DNA of 64,000 nucleotides from a virus (lineage: Duplodnaviria > Caudoviricetes): the IMG/VR virus record IMGVR_UViG_3300037634_006988, positions 1 through 64,000 of that record; one strand, written 5' to 3'. Under the pieces are notes generated by a model. It was given only the letters and a program-made list of their open reading frames with translations, was not told where the DNA came from and did no database searches. The translations under genes were made by a program, and so were the position numbers. Numbering within the stretch: position 1 is the first letter of the stretch; every line of letters starts with the position of its first letter. This document shows, in pieces, positions 16,663 through 25,276 of this stretch.

Positions 16663-16953
16663 TTATAATCCTCTCTCTTCGGGACCTGCTTTTGATGTAG
16701 TCAACACACCTTCATATGGAGATCCGTCTTTGTTTACTAAATTATCATTTTCGTCCCAATAAGCAATAACTTCTTTTTTTACTAAATCTTCAAAAGCTGG
16801 TCGAAGACCAACAGGGAACACACCTTCATCATCGGCAAACTTCTTATCTGCCAATGTTTCATGTTCATCGCTGTACCAATCATCATCGCCTTCTTTTATA
16901 TTATTAATCTCTTCTTTAATAAGATTTTGTAGTTGTGATTTGGTTAGTTTCAT
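16663..16953 (-). CDS. signal-tagged acidic cassette protein
   Basis: MKLTKSQLQNLIKEE leader; 20 D/E versus 8 K/R in the 75 aa after IKE. Confidence 0.7.
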   Translation of the reverse strand: MKLTKSQLQNLIKEEINNIKEGDDDWYSDEHETLADKKFADDEGVFPVGLRPAFEDLVKKEVIAYWDENDNLVNKDGSPYEGVLTTSKAGPEERGL

Positions 16954-17028
16954 TTTGTTTGTTCCTTAATCGTCATCGTCATCTCCGGGATGACCACCGT
17001 AACGATTATAATATTCTGGGTTGTAATC

Positions 17029-17286
17029 TTATTCATCATATGGAATATTCCACATTTCCATTATCCCTTGGAGAGGTTTGGCGCGTGGGTATTCCCGCTG
17101 GAGTGCTTGAACAAGTTCTTCCAAGGCCTTTCTCGTATCGCCTTTAAAATGGGCAACAATGGTATCAGCCACACTTGAGCTTAAAGGCATCCAATCATAC
17201 GCTTCATTTACTGGTTCGTGGTTTTCTTTTAATCCGCCAAGCTCCTCTTTAATTATTTGTTGTAGTTTTGATTTTGTTAGTTTCAT
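17029..17286 (-). CDS. signal-tagged cassette protein (possible premature stop; frame continues to 16966)
   Basis: MKLTKSKLQQIIKEE leader, GGGG SD. Confidence 0.7.
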   Translation of the reverse strand: MKLTKSKLQQIIKEELGGLKENHEPVNEAYDWMPLSSSVADTIVAHFKGDTRKALEELVQALQREYPRAKPLQGIMEMWNIPYDE

Positions 17287-17297
17287 TATTTCCCCTA

Positions 17298-18209
17298 TTA
17301 AAACGAAAGTTTCTCGAATAAATAGTTGTCTAATGAAACAAAAGTCGCTGATTTCTTTCGGGCTTCGAACACTTTCTTATTCATTTCCCCAACATCCTCA
17401 AAATCTGAGGTATCCACCCGATGACACTCCACGTCATATGACATCAAAAGTTTGATTATTTTCTCTTCTTTTGCCTTTGCATCAGAGTCCAGGGCAATAT
17501 ATATCTTGCTGCACTTGTCTATGATTTTTTGAAAAATATAGCTATTTTCACGTAATGTAGAGCCAAGCAGAGGAATAGCGTTGCCCGCAACAATCGCGTC
17601 AAAAACTCCCTCAACAATTGTTATATCTTTATCCCAATTGAGATACAGTTCATTAAAGATGAAATCCTTTTCTACTGGCGGATTACTATACTTTTGCCAC
17701 TCGCCAGAAGTATATGAGCGAGCAATAAAATAGTTTAAGTTTCCCTTCAGATCAAATGAAGGAATGATGACCCTTTCTTTATATTTTCCGTCTGGACAAT
17801 ATCCAATTTTCCACCAAACAATATCGTCGCGCATGATGCCGCGAGTTTTAAGATATTGTCTAACGGGAATTGATAAAGGATTTATTTCTTTGCCGGTTAA
17901 GGTTATGAATTCTTCTGGAAGAGAAATATCAATTATTTCTTTTTCGCCATCAACTTCAGAGAAGTCAACAATTCCCACAAGAGTTTTCCATTGGCTTTTA
18001 TTTTCTGGAGTTCCATAAGAATAAACAAGTCGAGCAATATCTTTGCCGACATAATCACAAATCCAACATTTGAAAACATTTTTCTCAAAGTTTAATGAAA
18101 GCTTTTTTTTATGATGTTTACATTTTGGGCAACCAAAAAGGAACTCGTCCTTTGATTTATAATATGAGCCAAGAAAATCTTCTATAATACGGACTTTTCT
18201 TTGAGACAT
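17298..18209 (-). CDS. DNA primase (Zn-finger plus TOPRIM; gp61/DnaG-like)
   Basis: CPKC...CWIC zinc finger; YFIARSY; TIVEGVFDAI and IALDSDA TOPRIM motifs. Confidence 0.85.
   Translation of the reverse strand: MSQRKVRIIEDFLGSYYKSKDEFLFGCPKCKHHKKKLSLNFEKNVFKCWICDYVGKDIARLVYSYGTPENKSQWKTLVGIVDFSEVDGEKEIIDISLPEEFITLTGKEINPLSIPVRQYLKTRGIMRDDIVWWKIGYCPDGKYKERVIIPSFDLKGNLNYFIARSYTSGEWQKYSNPPVEKDFIFNELYLNWDKDITIVEGVFDAIVAGNAIPLLGSTLRENSYIFQKIIDKCSKIYIALDSDAKAKEEKIIKLLMSYDVECHRVDTSDFEDVGEMNKKVFEARKKSATFVSLDNYLFEKLSF
17318..17326 (-). promoter_or_regulatory. CTAWTTA candidate (ACTATTTAT) driving the cassette array
   Basis: In the primase 3' end, 31 nt before ATG at 17286. Confidence 0.55.
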
Positions 18210-18718
18210 TCTATTCCTGCTTTTGCCATAACCAATGCATCAGCACGATCATAATATTCGGGTTTCGGATTTCCATGCTTAGTCCATTCTACTATAAAAT
18301 CCTGCTCATTGTCAAGCAAAAATTTCATAACAATTTCTTTAGCTTTTTGTCCTCGTGATATGGTAATCCCGCATTTCTTTCTGGCTGAAACTGCTGGAAT
18401 GAATTGTGGGGTAATCCCGATCTCATCCAAACAAAGCCACGACAAGATTCCATTAAACTTAATTAATGTTGAAATGGTGTGGGATGAAGACTTTTTAGGC
18501 CTAAACTTATTTAAAGCAGGCTCAATAAATATGTGTTCGATTTCATAACAATGAGAAATGTCTTTGATTTTTTCTCGGCAATGAGTTACTTTAGAATAGA
18601 AATCTGGGAAGATGTTTTTATTACGCAAATCCCAACTGCCAATGTCAATTACAGATCCATTTAAATCAAGAATTGCATAGCCAGTTATACTTGTAGAAAT
18701 ATCCAGACCAAGAATCAT
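18182..18718 (-). CDS. RuvC-like Holliday junction resolvase
   Basis: ILGLDISTSITGY, IFIEP and DRADAL acidic catalytic motifs. Confidence 0.8.
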   Translation of the reverse strand: MILGLDISTSITGYAILDLNGSVIDIGSWDLRNKNIFPDFYSKVTHCREKIKDISHCYEIEHIFIEPALNKFRPKKSSSHTISTLIKFNGILSWLCLDEIGITPQFIPAVSARKKCGITISRGQKAKEIVMKFLLDNEQDFIVEWTKHGNPKPEYYDRADALVMAKAGIECLKEKSVL

Positions 18719-19080
18719 TAATCACCAATTTCACCAATCTTTTCATAACCAAGGTCACGTTGAATTTTTAAACCTTTAATGGAGCTAAGTCTGGGTTTTA
18801 GTTCTCTTTGATAATAATGAGTAACATCCGCAGCATGAGGAACAATAAAACGAATACTATATTCCCCAACAAAAACTGTCGGAGAAGTTGAAATTTCTCT
18901 TTCACGATAAACAGTTGTGACCTCTTCAATTGCCCGCATTTCATTCATAACTTCAGTTCGGTCAATTGGCTTGGATTGATCAATAGATAAATACATAACT
19001 GCTTCGTATCTATCGTGGGCCGGAGTTCTTTTTTCTGTTAAGAATTTGCGCCAACTTTTAAATTCTTCTTTCATCATCAT
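18718..19080 (-). CDS. hypothetical protein with T4-CTS-like leader (…FKSWRKFLTE)
   Basis: ORF track; N-terminus resembles the T4 MKTYxEFIxE leader type. Confidence 0.65.
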   Translation of the reverse strand: MMMKEEFKSWRKFLTEKRTPAHDRYEAVMYLSIDQSKPIDRTEVMNEMRAIEEVTTVYREREISTSPTVFVGEYSIRFIVPHAADVTHYYQRELKPRLSSIKGLKIQRDLGYEKIGEIGD

Positions 19081-19087
19081 AAATAGG
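19079..19087 (-). promoter_or_regulatory. CTAWTTA candidate (CCTATTTAT)
   Basis: Overlaps the first of three tandem ATGs at 19080. Confidence 0.45.
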
Positions 19088-19098
19088 CTCTCATTATA

Positions 19099-20253
19099 TC
19101 AAAAATCTAGTTTTAATTTAAATGTAAAATCATCTTGGTCTCTTTTTCTGACAGGATTTGCCACTTTTGCAATACCAATAAGGTTTCGATGTTCGTCATA
19201 CAGGCCAACATAATTAATGTAAACTGTTCTTTTGAAAGCTGGTTCAGGATCACTCCACGCTCCTGATACAATATTTTTAATTGTTCTTTTGTTATATTCC
19301 ATATAAGCCATTGATCCGCTGGAAGCAGTTGCAGCCACTGGAGCACCATATTTTATGGCGGTTGGGTTATTGGAAAAATTTACTGTCGCAAGGGGTGCCT
19401 GTGCGAGCATTGTTAATGTTGGAACATAATTTGTGCCGCTAAAGTTTAAAGAAAAACTTGACGACGGAATGGCAGACGCTGTAGTCGAAAAATCCATCCA
19501 TCGCGGCTTGGCTGCGCCACCCCCATAATAATCTTCTGTGTGTGGAGAAAGCGGCCAACTTCCAGTAAGAATGAGAAATCCCTCATTATATAAAACAACA
19601 CCCGCAACAGATCCACTAGCAGTTGTGGTCGAACCATCTGTACTTGAAGAAACTTGACGAAGCTCACCATTTTTTACATCATCCCTCAATTCTCCCACAA
19701 GAGTTCCAGAAACATAAAACTTACAGGACACACTTCCTTTCTGAATAGAAGAGGCATAAAATATAGATGGAATGCTCACAAGACGCATTTCTTGAGTGCT
19801 TTTGTCACCCAAGCTTGAGGTATAGGCGTAAGCAGGACTTAAAACCTGATAACTATCGAGGGCAGTTCTTAAAGCTTTAATTCGTTTTCTAGTTGAATTT
19901 TCAGCATAACGAAGAGTTGAAATGCTGGAAGACATAGGATAACTTCCCGTTATCTTATCTCCATACAAAAAATCGGTATTAAATTTTGTTGTAGTAACCG
20001 TGCTAAATGAATCTAAACTACCATCTTTCGTTACAAAAGGATAAATTAAATTGCCTGATTTTCTATCTATATTTAATTCATACAGACTAATATATCCAGT
20101 CGGAACCATTCCGGCATTATTTACAAAACTACCAGAATCTCTCGGACTATTATTGTAATAGATGTTGGCATCATAAATGATAAAGCTTACTTGTGGATGT
20201 GTTTCAATCCTATTGTAAAAAATATCATTTGGTCCAAACTTGTGGAAAGGCAT
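19099..20253 (-). CDS. virion structural protein (tail/baseplate region)
   Basis: Ser/Gly/Thr-rich; C-terminal YVGLYDEHRNLIGIAKVANPVRK...FKLKLDF is paralogous to 20277..21413. Confidence 0.65.
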   Translation of the reverse strand: MPFHKFGPNDIFYNRIETHPQVSFIIYDANIYYNNSPRDSGSFVNNAGMVPTGYISLYELNIDRKSGNLIYPFVTKDGSLDSFSTVTTTKFNTDFLYGDKITGSYPMSSSISTLRYAENSTRKRIKALRTALDSYQVLSPAYAYTSSLGDKSTQEMRLVSIPSIFYASSIQKGSVSCKFYVSGTLVGELRDDVKNGELRQVSSSTDGSTTTASGSVAGVVLYNEGFLILTGSWPLSPHTEDYYGGGAAKPRWMDFSTTASAIPSSSFSLNFSGTNYVPTLTMLAQAPLATVNFSNNPTAIKYGAPVAATASSGSMAYMEYNKRTIKNIVSGAWSDPEPAFKRTVYINYVGLYDEHRNLIGIAKVANPVRKRDQDDFTFKLKLDF

Positions 20254-20261
20254 GTCTACCT

Positions 20262-20270
20262 GTAATTAGT
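20262..20270 (-). promoter_or_regulatory. CTAWTTA candidate (ACTAATTAC)
   Basis: In the 23-nt gap before ATG at 20253. Confidence 0.55.
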
Positions 20271-20276
20271 TTGTGA

Positions 20277-21413
20277 TTAATAATCAAGCCTGACACGAAT
20301 TGTCATTTCATTTGTTGGATCTTTTTTAAGAGGTTCTGAAAGTTTTGCAACCGCCAAAAGCTCATTATCTGAAGAATAAAGGCCAACAGTTGTAAAATAA
20401 GCTATTGGAGAATCCAAAGTATTATTCTTAACCCGAATCTTGCTTGCACTCAAATAAGTTGGATTCGAGCTATAATTATAATCATTATGATTAACACGGC
20501 AAAAGTGAATTGTTGAGTTAAGTTCAGTTGTGTTATTGAAGGTTATATCATAAAGCCGATTTCTTAAATAATTACATGATGCGCTGATGGCAGATCCGGT
20601 AAGTGATGCCGTGACATATGTTCCATTGGGCCTAAACGGCACATCTGAAGATGAAAGAATTCCTGGTAGGGCTGATGTGTTTCCGCTAAGAAAGATTGAA
20701 GAACTAAGAACAACAATACCTGCTTGATAGAAAATTAATCCACACGCGGGCGCAGGACTAATCTCCTTGTTATACCCGGCAGTAGCTGACAAAATGGCAT
20801 ATTCTCCAGCTGGAGAGTTTACTCGATAATCATTCTCTTTACCAGAATCAGAAATTGTTAAAATTCCATCTCCCCCCGAGGTATCTGCAAATGGAGCAGC
20901 ATAAGAGCCTGTCCCAATCTTGATCGTAAATGATCCTTTTTTGATTTCATCTTTAGCCAAAAGCCTTGCAAAATTAATAAAAAAGCAATCTTTTAATTTT
21001 GTGCCAGATCCTGCCCCAGTCTCAACCAGGTTTCCATCTTGATCAAAATTTCTAATACTTCCAGTTGTGTCATAACCAACAAGTACCTGCGCCATTTGAT
21101 TATACATATTAATCTTCTTGGCTTGCATATTTGTCGTTGCCTCGGTCCCACTCAAGACTGAAGCTGAAGCGTAACCAACAGTAAGATCATAAATGTGATT
21201 GGCGGAAGAACTTAAATAAGGATAATCATAAACACTTTGAAACATACCATGAGCATAATTTTTAATATTTGTTCCATCATAAGTGTCGGTAGTTGCTCCA
21301 GCAGTGTTATACGTACCAGAAGCTAATGTTCCTGTAAGTGGAATTGCCTCGTGCAATAATGTCTTCGTTGAAGTTATATCATTGTTGAGAAATGTTTTAA
21401 AAGTCGTTGCCAT
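20277..21413 (-). CDS. virion structural protein (tail/baseplate region)
   Basis: C-terminal TTVGLYSSDNELLAVAKLSEPLKK...IRVRLDY, tail-collar-like. Confidence 0.65.
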   Translation of the reverse strand: MATTFKTFLNNDITSTKTLLHEAIPLTGTLASGTYNTAGATTDTYDGTNIKNYAHGMFQSVYDYPYLSSSANHIYDLTVGYASASVLSGTEATTNMQAKKINMYNQMAQVLVGYDTTGSIRNFDQDGNLVETGAGSGTKLKDCFFINFARLLAKDEIKKGSFTIKIGTGSYAAPFADTSGGDGILTISDSGKENDYRVNSPAGEYAILSATAGYNKEISPAPACGLIFYQAGIVVLSSSIFLSGNTSALPGILSSSDVPFRPNGTYVTASLTGSAISASCNYLRNRLYDITFNNTTELNSTIHFCRVNHNDYNYSSNPTYLSASKIRVKNNTLDSPIAYFTTVGLYSSDNELLAVAKLSEPLKKDPTNEMTIRVRLDY

Positions 21414-21424
21414 TGTCTATTCCT

Positions 21425-22384
21425 TTATACTAATGGGATTTTAATAAATCTAACTGGAAGATTTAAACTGTATCCTGTTGTTGCTCCCGTTATTTTAACC
21501 ATTGTATCAATATATCGCACACTTTGGGCGATTCCATCAACTTTTGTCATTGAGGTGGTTGATCCTAATTTCTCAAATAAATAGGTGCTTGTTTGTAATT
21601 CTGTAGAAGCCTGAATCTTGAAAGAGATTTTAGTTCCTTTAGGCCCCAAAAGATTACTATTCGGGCTGTTAGTATTCATTTGTTCAACATATCCCGGATC
21701 ACTTGCCAAAGAAAAATAATAACTTGCAATGTTATCATCATCAATAAAAGACACTCTTGCTGCCCCTCCATCACGTTCACTAGTGACAACACTTCCCAAC
21801 CTATTATCCATCTCTACAATATATTGAGTTTCTAGGAGATCTGCATCAATTGCAGACGTTGCAGCAATTTCGTTGGTATTGAGTCCCTGATCGGCTCGAA
21901 TAAAATTTTCACCTTTCGATGGTTCAAACCCGTTTAAAATCCCTTTCCTCAATTCATAGGCCGCTGGTGTATTATTTGCTTGTATTAAAAATCCTGCGCC
22001 GGAAGTGTCACCCACTGTTGTTGAATCACAACACACTGTATGTATCTCCGAAGAACCCGATGGTGCAGCTGGGGATTCGGCCGTATTCTGCAAAATAACC
22101 GGCATATACAACAGATTTGTGCGAGGGATTGAAAGAAGCTTAGATTTCATTGTGGAAGTATTGTTAGTAAATGCTTCCAAGACTGGCGTTTGAAGAATTT
22201 CTAAATCATAATATGCACTTCCGCTTGGGTGATTTTTATTGTAAGAAGCATAATCAATTTCATCGTCTCCAAGTGCAAATTTTGTAATCTTAAAAGATCC
22301 ATTTCCCTGTGCTAATCGATAACGGCCCGCATCTGTTAAGACCGCATCCAAAATAATGTCACCACTATTGTCTAAAAATGCCAT
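21425..22384 (-). CDS. virion structural protein
   Basis: N-terminal IILDAVLTDAGRYRLAQG..FKITKFALGDDEIDY; preceded by the promoter motif and GGGAG SD. Confidence 0.65.
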   Translation of the reverse strand: MAFLDNSGDIILDAVLTDAGRYRLAQGNGSFKITKFALGDDEIDYASYNKNHPSGSAYYDLEILQTPVLEAFTNNTSTMKSKLLSIPRTNLLYMPVILQNTAESPAAPSGSSEIHTVCCDSTTVGDTSGAGFLIQANNTPAAYELRKGILNGFEPSKGENFIRADQGLNTNEIAATSAIDADLLETQYIVEMDNRLGSVVTSERDGGAARVSFIDDDNIASYYFSLASDPGYVEQMNTNSPNSNLLGPKGTKISFKIQASTELQTSTYLFEKLGSTTSMTKVDGIAQSVRYIDTMVKITGATTGYSLNLPVRFIKIPLV

Positions 22385-22403
22385 AAGTTTCTCCCGTCTT
22401 CCA

Positions 22404-22412
22404 ATAAATAGT
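22404..22412 (-). promoter_or_regulatory. CTAWTTA candidate (ACTATTTAT)
   Basis: Intergenic, upstream of the GGGAG SD of 22384. Confidence 0.6.
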
Positions 22413-22426
22413 TTGTTTTTTTAGTT

Positions 22427-25276
22427 CTAGCATAAATTATTGTTGTCCTCAATATCCAGTTTTGTATGGGTTTTTGTGAATTTGATATTCAAATCAATCC
22501 TTTTTCCAGTTTTTCTAGAAATTACTCTAATTTTCATTGCCTTGTTCCATAATGTTTCGTCAGCTGTTCCAAGTTGAATCCAAGTTCCATCTTCTCCCAA
22601 ACGGGTTAAACAATCTGTATCATCTACAATCTTTTCACCCTTTTCATTTTTCAAGCCAGAAGTCTGCTCGTTAATAACTCTTTGAGCCAAAGCGGGTTTA
22701 ATGTAAATATACTTAGTAAATTTTTTAGCCGCTTTCATTGGGGGTTGCGGATTTTCTTCTAAATAATATACATCGCGCAACAAAAAGGGTGCAAAGCCAT
22801 CATAAACCATCTCTAATTCATAAACTGGCGATGGATTAGAAAAATGCCCATGATTGTCCAAAGTTCTAAAGATATAATAATACTTTTTGTTCGGCTGAAT
22901 TGTCTTATCAATCCACTCTCCGCTTGTCGAAAGTTTGCACCGTTCTTTAAGATTTACACCAGTATCAATATGAGCAATCTTAGAGCCTCTAAAATCTGAA
23001 TATTTTGTTGGCTTCTTATCAATTCTGAACGCTTCAAAATAACGTGGATGATCATCGCTCTTGAAACGAATTGGTTGAATATCGCTTACTTCTTGAGCTA
23101 ATCGAATAGAGTTAATAATATCTTCATCTCCATCCTGAATCATTATGGGTTTTAAATCATATTCTCCCGCGTTTCCTGTGAGCCAAAACACTATTTCATC
23201 TCTCACATCTTTATAAGTGATAACATCCACATCCGGCCAAACTGGTGGATCGTCCATCATAATGATTTCTTTTTGATAATATGGAACCTTAATCATTTTC
23301 ACTGATGGTTCTGATATAACACAAACGCGGGATTGTGTGCGAGCAATCAAATCGTAATTAGAAACAAGTTGTTCGTTCACATCATAGGGACTGGGAGAAT
23401 CATCAAGAACATACCAGTATTTTGTTCCAAATACCATTTCCATGGCATAAATTCTATAAATGTATTTCTTACCATATTTAACCTGAGTGTCAGTGAAATG
23501 GTGTTCATTTAATTTTGTGGAATTAGGAAAATAAAAATTTTGTATAGGTTCAGAACCCACAAGAGAACCATCTAGATTGGCTTCCCATTTTTCTACGTGA
23601 TAAAATACAGTTTCATGATGCGCCAGTTTAGGGGCAGATACTGGATCTCCGCGATTAAACTCTCCCCCAACAACATCTTTCCAAGAGCGGGTCTTTATAT
23701 TTTTAAGGCCATTTAATTTTGTTGTAAAAATTCTTAACATTAAATTCCTCATTATGGTTGTGAGGGGGTTGTTGTTGTTTATAGCTTCTTCTACTTCTTG
23801 GTCAAACTTGCCCAAAAAGACTCCTTTTTCAATTTTACCATAAGGGTGTGTAACACCAACTCGATTTATCCACTGCGCGAGATCCCAAGTTTCTAAACTA
23901 CCTGAATCAACTGTTTGCGGAGCTTTGTTTTTATAAGGCTTAAAAGCAACTTTTGTATAATTCTGGTCTGATTTAAACGGTAAATCATCGGAGGCCAAAA
24001 AATTAAATCCCATATTCTTTGAAGTTCCCCAATATCCGTCCACATAATCTTTTATGAACATCGCCCCCATCTCTGTATCTTCAAAAAGTTTAACAACTTC
24101 AGATTGAGAAGTGTCGGAAGTGGAAAAATTAATTTCACAATACATTGGAAATCTGTTCGCAATTGGATTAAGTGAAGAAAACATTTCAATGTTCGACATG
24201 GGAACAATTTGATGTTTAAATCTTTCGGCTAAAGTTGGTTTTGCTGTCCCAGCAACAGAGCGTTCAAAACTAGAAAAATCTGTATTAACAAAGGGAATAT
24301 TCTCTGATGGCCCAACTTGTGGAACAATCAACCTTGATGCATATTGAGCGTATGCATAAGCATATTTGTCAAAATATTGTCCTTTACTAATATCAGCTTC
24401 AACTGTTTGAGATCTAGCCCCAGCGTTATAAGTAACATCCGTTGCAACCCGCGCCTCTTTAATAGCATTATCTAAGGTTATGTGTTTTTCGAAAACAGTG
24501 TCTACAGTTGCTGGATCTATATTTCCATTTGGATCCCGCTCGATTTTACTATCATCACCCATTACACTTAGAAACGAATATAGACTTGGCAACATACTTT
24601 CTGGCGGTTCTTTGTTTGGATCCTCTTGTGTTAAAATAGATTCATAAGACTGAACATAAAAATTATAAACTGGTTTAATTTCAGCCTCTTTAACGGCTAC
24701 AGAACCATAAAAATTGTCTTCAATATTTTTTTTGTTAATAGGGGCTTCATAATAAAATACACAATCTTCAAATTTTATTGGTTCACCACCATCACGAAGC
24801 TTTGGAAATGTTGAAACAATATTATCATTAGTTAAGTTTTGTTCAATCGTGGGAAGTCTTGGTGCTGCATCATCATCAAGCACTTCCAACCATTTGTCTA
24901 GAGGGTATTGAATTTCTGGATTGCCGCAAGCAGCTATATCTGCCTCATTATAATTAATTGTTACTTTTTCTGTTTTAGGAAAAGTGTTGGATGTATCTGA
25001 AGTGTAAGGTAAACCGAATCCACTTGCTGTCCTGTTGCTTATTTCAATGGCTCCGCCCCCAACAAATGACACTGCGCCCCGACCCGCTTTATTCCAAATT
25101 CTATTCATACGATAACGCATAAAGTCAATTGGGCCTGGAGTCTCATATTCAAAAAATGGCTTATCTATTGGCGCATTACTTCCGAATGAAGTTTCACTAT
25201 AAACCCCAACTTTTCGAGGTTGTGGGTGCGAGATTGTTGTCCCGCCTTGAGAATTTCTAGGTGCCACTATAGCCAC
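22427..25276 (-). CDS. large hypothetical protein (949 aa), probably structural
   Basis: Long ORF in the structural block; C-terminal KKYYYIFRT fibronectin-like strand pattern. Confidence 0.6.
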   Translation of the reverse strand: MAIVAPRNSQGGTTISHPQPRKVGVYSETSFGSNAPIDKPFFEYETPGPIDFMRYRMNRIWNKAGRGAVSFVGGGAIEISNRTASGFGLPYTSDTSNTFPKTEKVTINYNEADIAACGNPEIQYPLDKWLEVLDDDAAPRLPTIEQNLTNDNIVSTFPKLRDGGEPIKFEDCVFYYEAPINKKNIEDNFYGSVAVKEAEIKPVYNFYVQSYESILTQEDPNKEPPESMLPSLYSFLSVMGDDSKIERDPNGNIDPATVDTVFEKHITLDNAIKEARVATDVTYNAGARSQTVEADISKGQYFDKYAYAYAQYASRLIVPQVGPSENIPFVNTDFSSFERSVAGTAKPTLAERFKHQIVPMSNIEMFSSLNPIANRFPMYCEINFSTSDTSQSEVVKLFEDTEMGAMFIKDYVDGYWGTSKNMGFNFLASDDLPFKSDQNYTKVAFKPYKNKAPQTVDSGSLETWDLAQWINRVGVTHPYGKIEKGVFLGKFDQEVEEAINNNNPLTTIMRNLMLRIFTTKLNGLKNIKTRSWKDVVGGEFNRGDPVSAPKLAHHETVFYHVEKWEANLDGSLVGSEPIQNFYFPNSTKLNEHHFTDTQVKYGKKYIYRIYAMEMVFGTKYWYVLDDSPSPYDVNEQLVSNYDLIARTQSRVCVISEPSVKMIKVPYYQKEIIMMDDPPVWPDVDVITYKDVRDEIVFWLTGNAGEYDLKPIMIQDGDEDIINSIRLAQEVSDIQPIRFKSDDHPRYFEAFRIDKKPTKYSDFRGSKIAHIDTGVNLKERCKLSTSGEWIDKTIQPNKKYYYIFRTLDNHGHFSNPSPVYELEMVYDGFAPFLLRDVYYLEENPQPPMKAAKKFTKYIYIKPALAQRVINEQTSGLKNEKGEKIVDDTDCLTRLGEDGTWIQLGTADETLWNKAMKIRVISRKTGKRIDLNIKFTKTHTKLDIEDNNNLC

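Noticed and set aside
16040-17286. Repeat-plus-unique-spacer pattern resembling a CRISPR array
   Set aside because: Units are about 260-340 bp, the repeats are degenerate and protein-coding, and no cas genes are present; reported instead as a cassette array.
6179-18209. Inteins or introns in terminase, Mre11-Rad50 or primase
   Set aside because: Motif spacing is normal and I saw no intein block motifs or interrupted frames.
6495-21586. Additional CTAWTTA-like hits deep inside genes (about 6497, 9189, 21578)
   Set aside because: 130-320 nt from the next start and expected by chance in AT-rich coding DNA; not counted as promoters.
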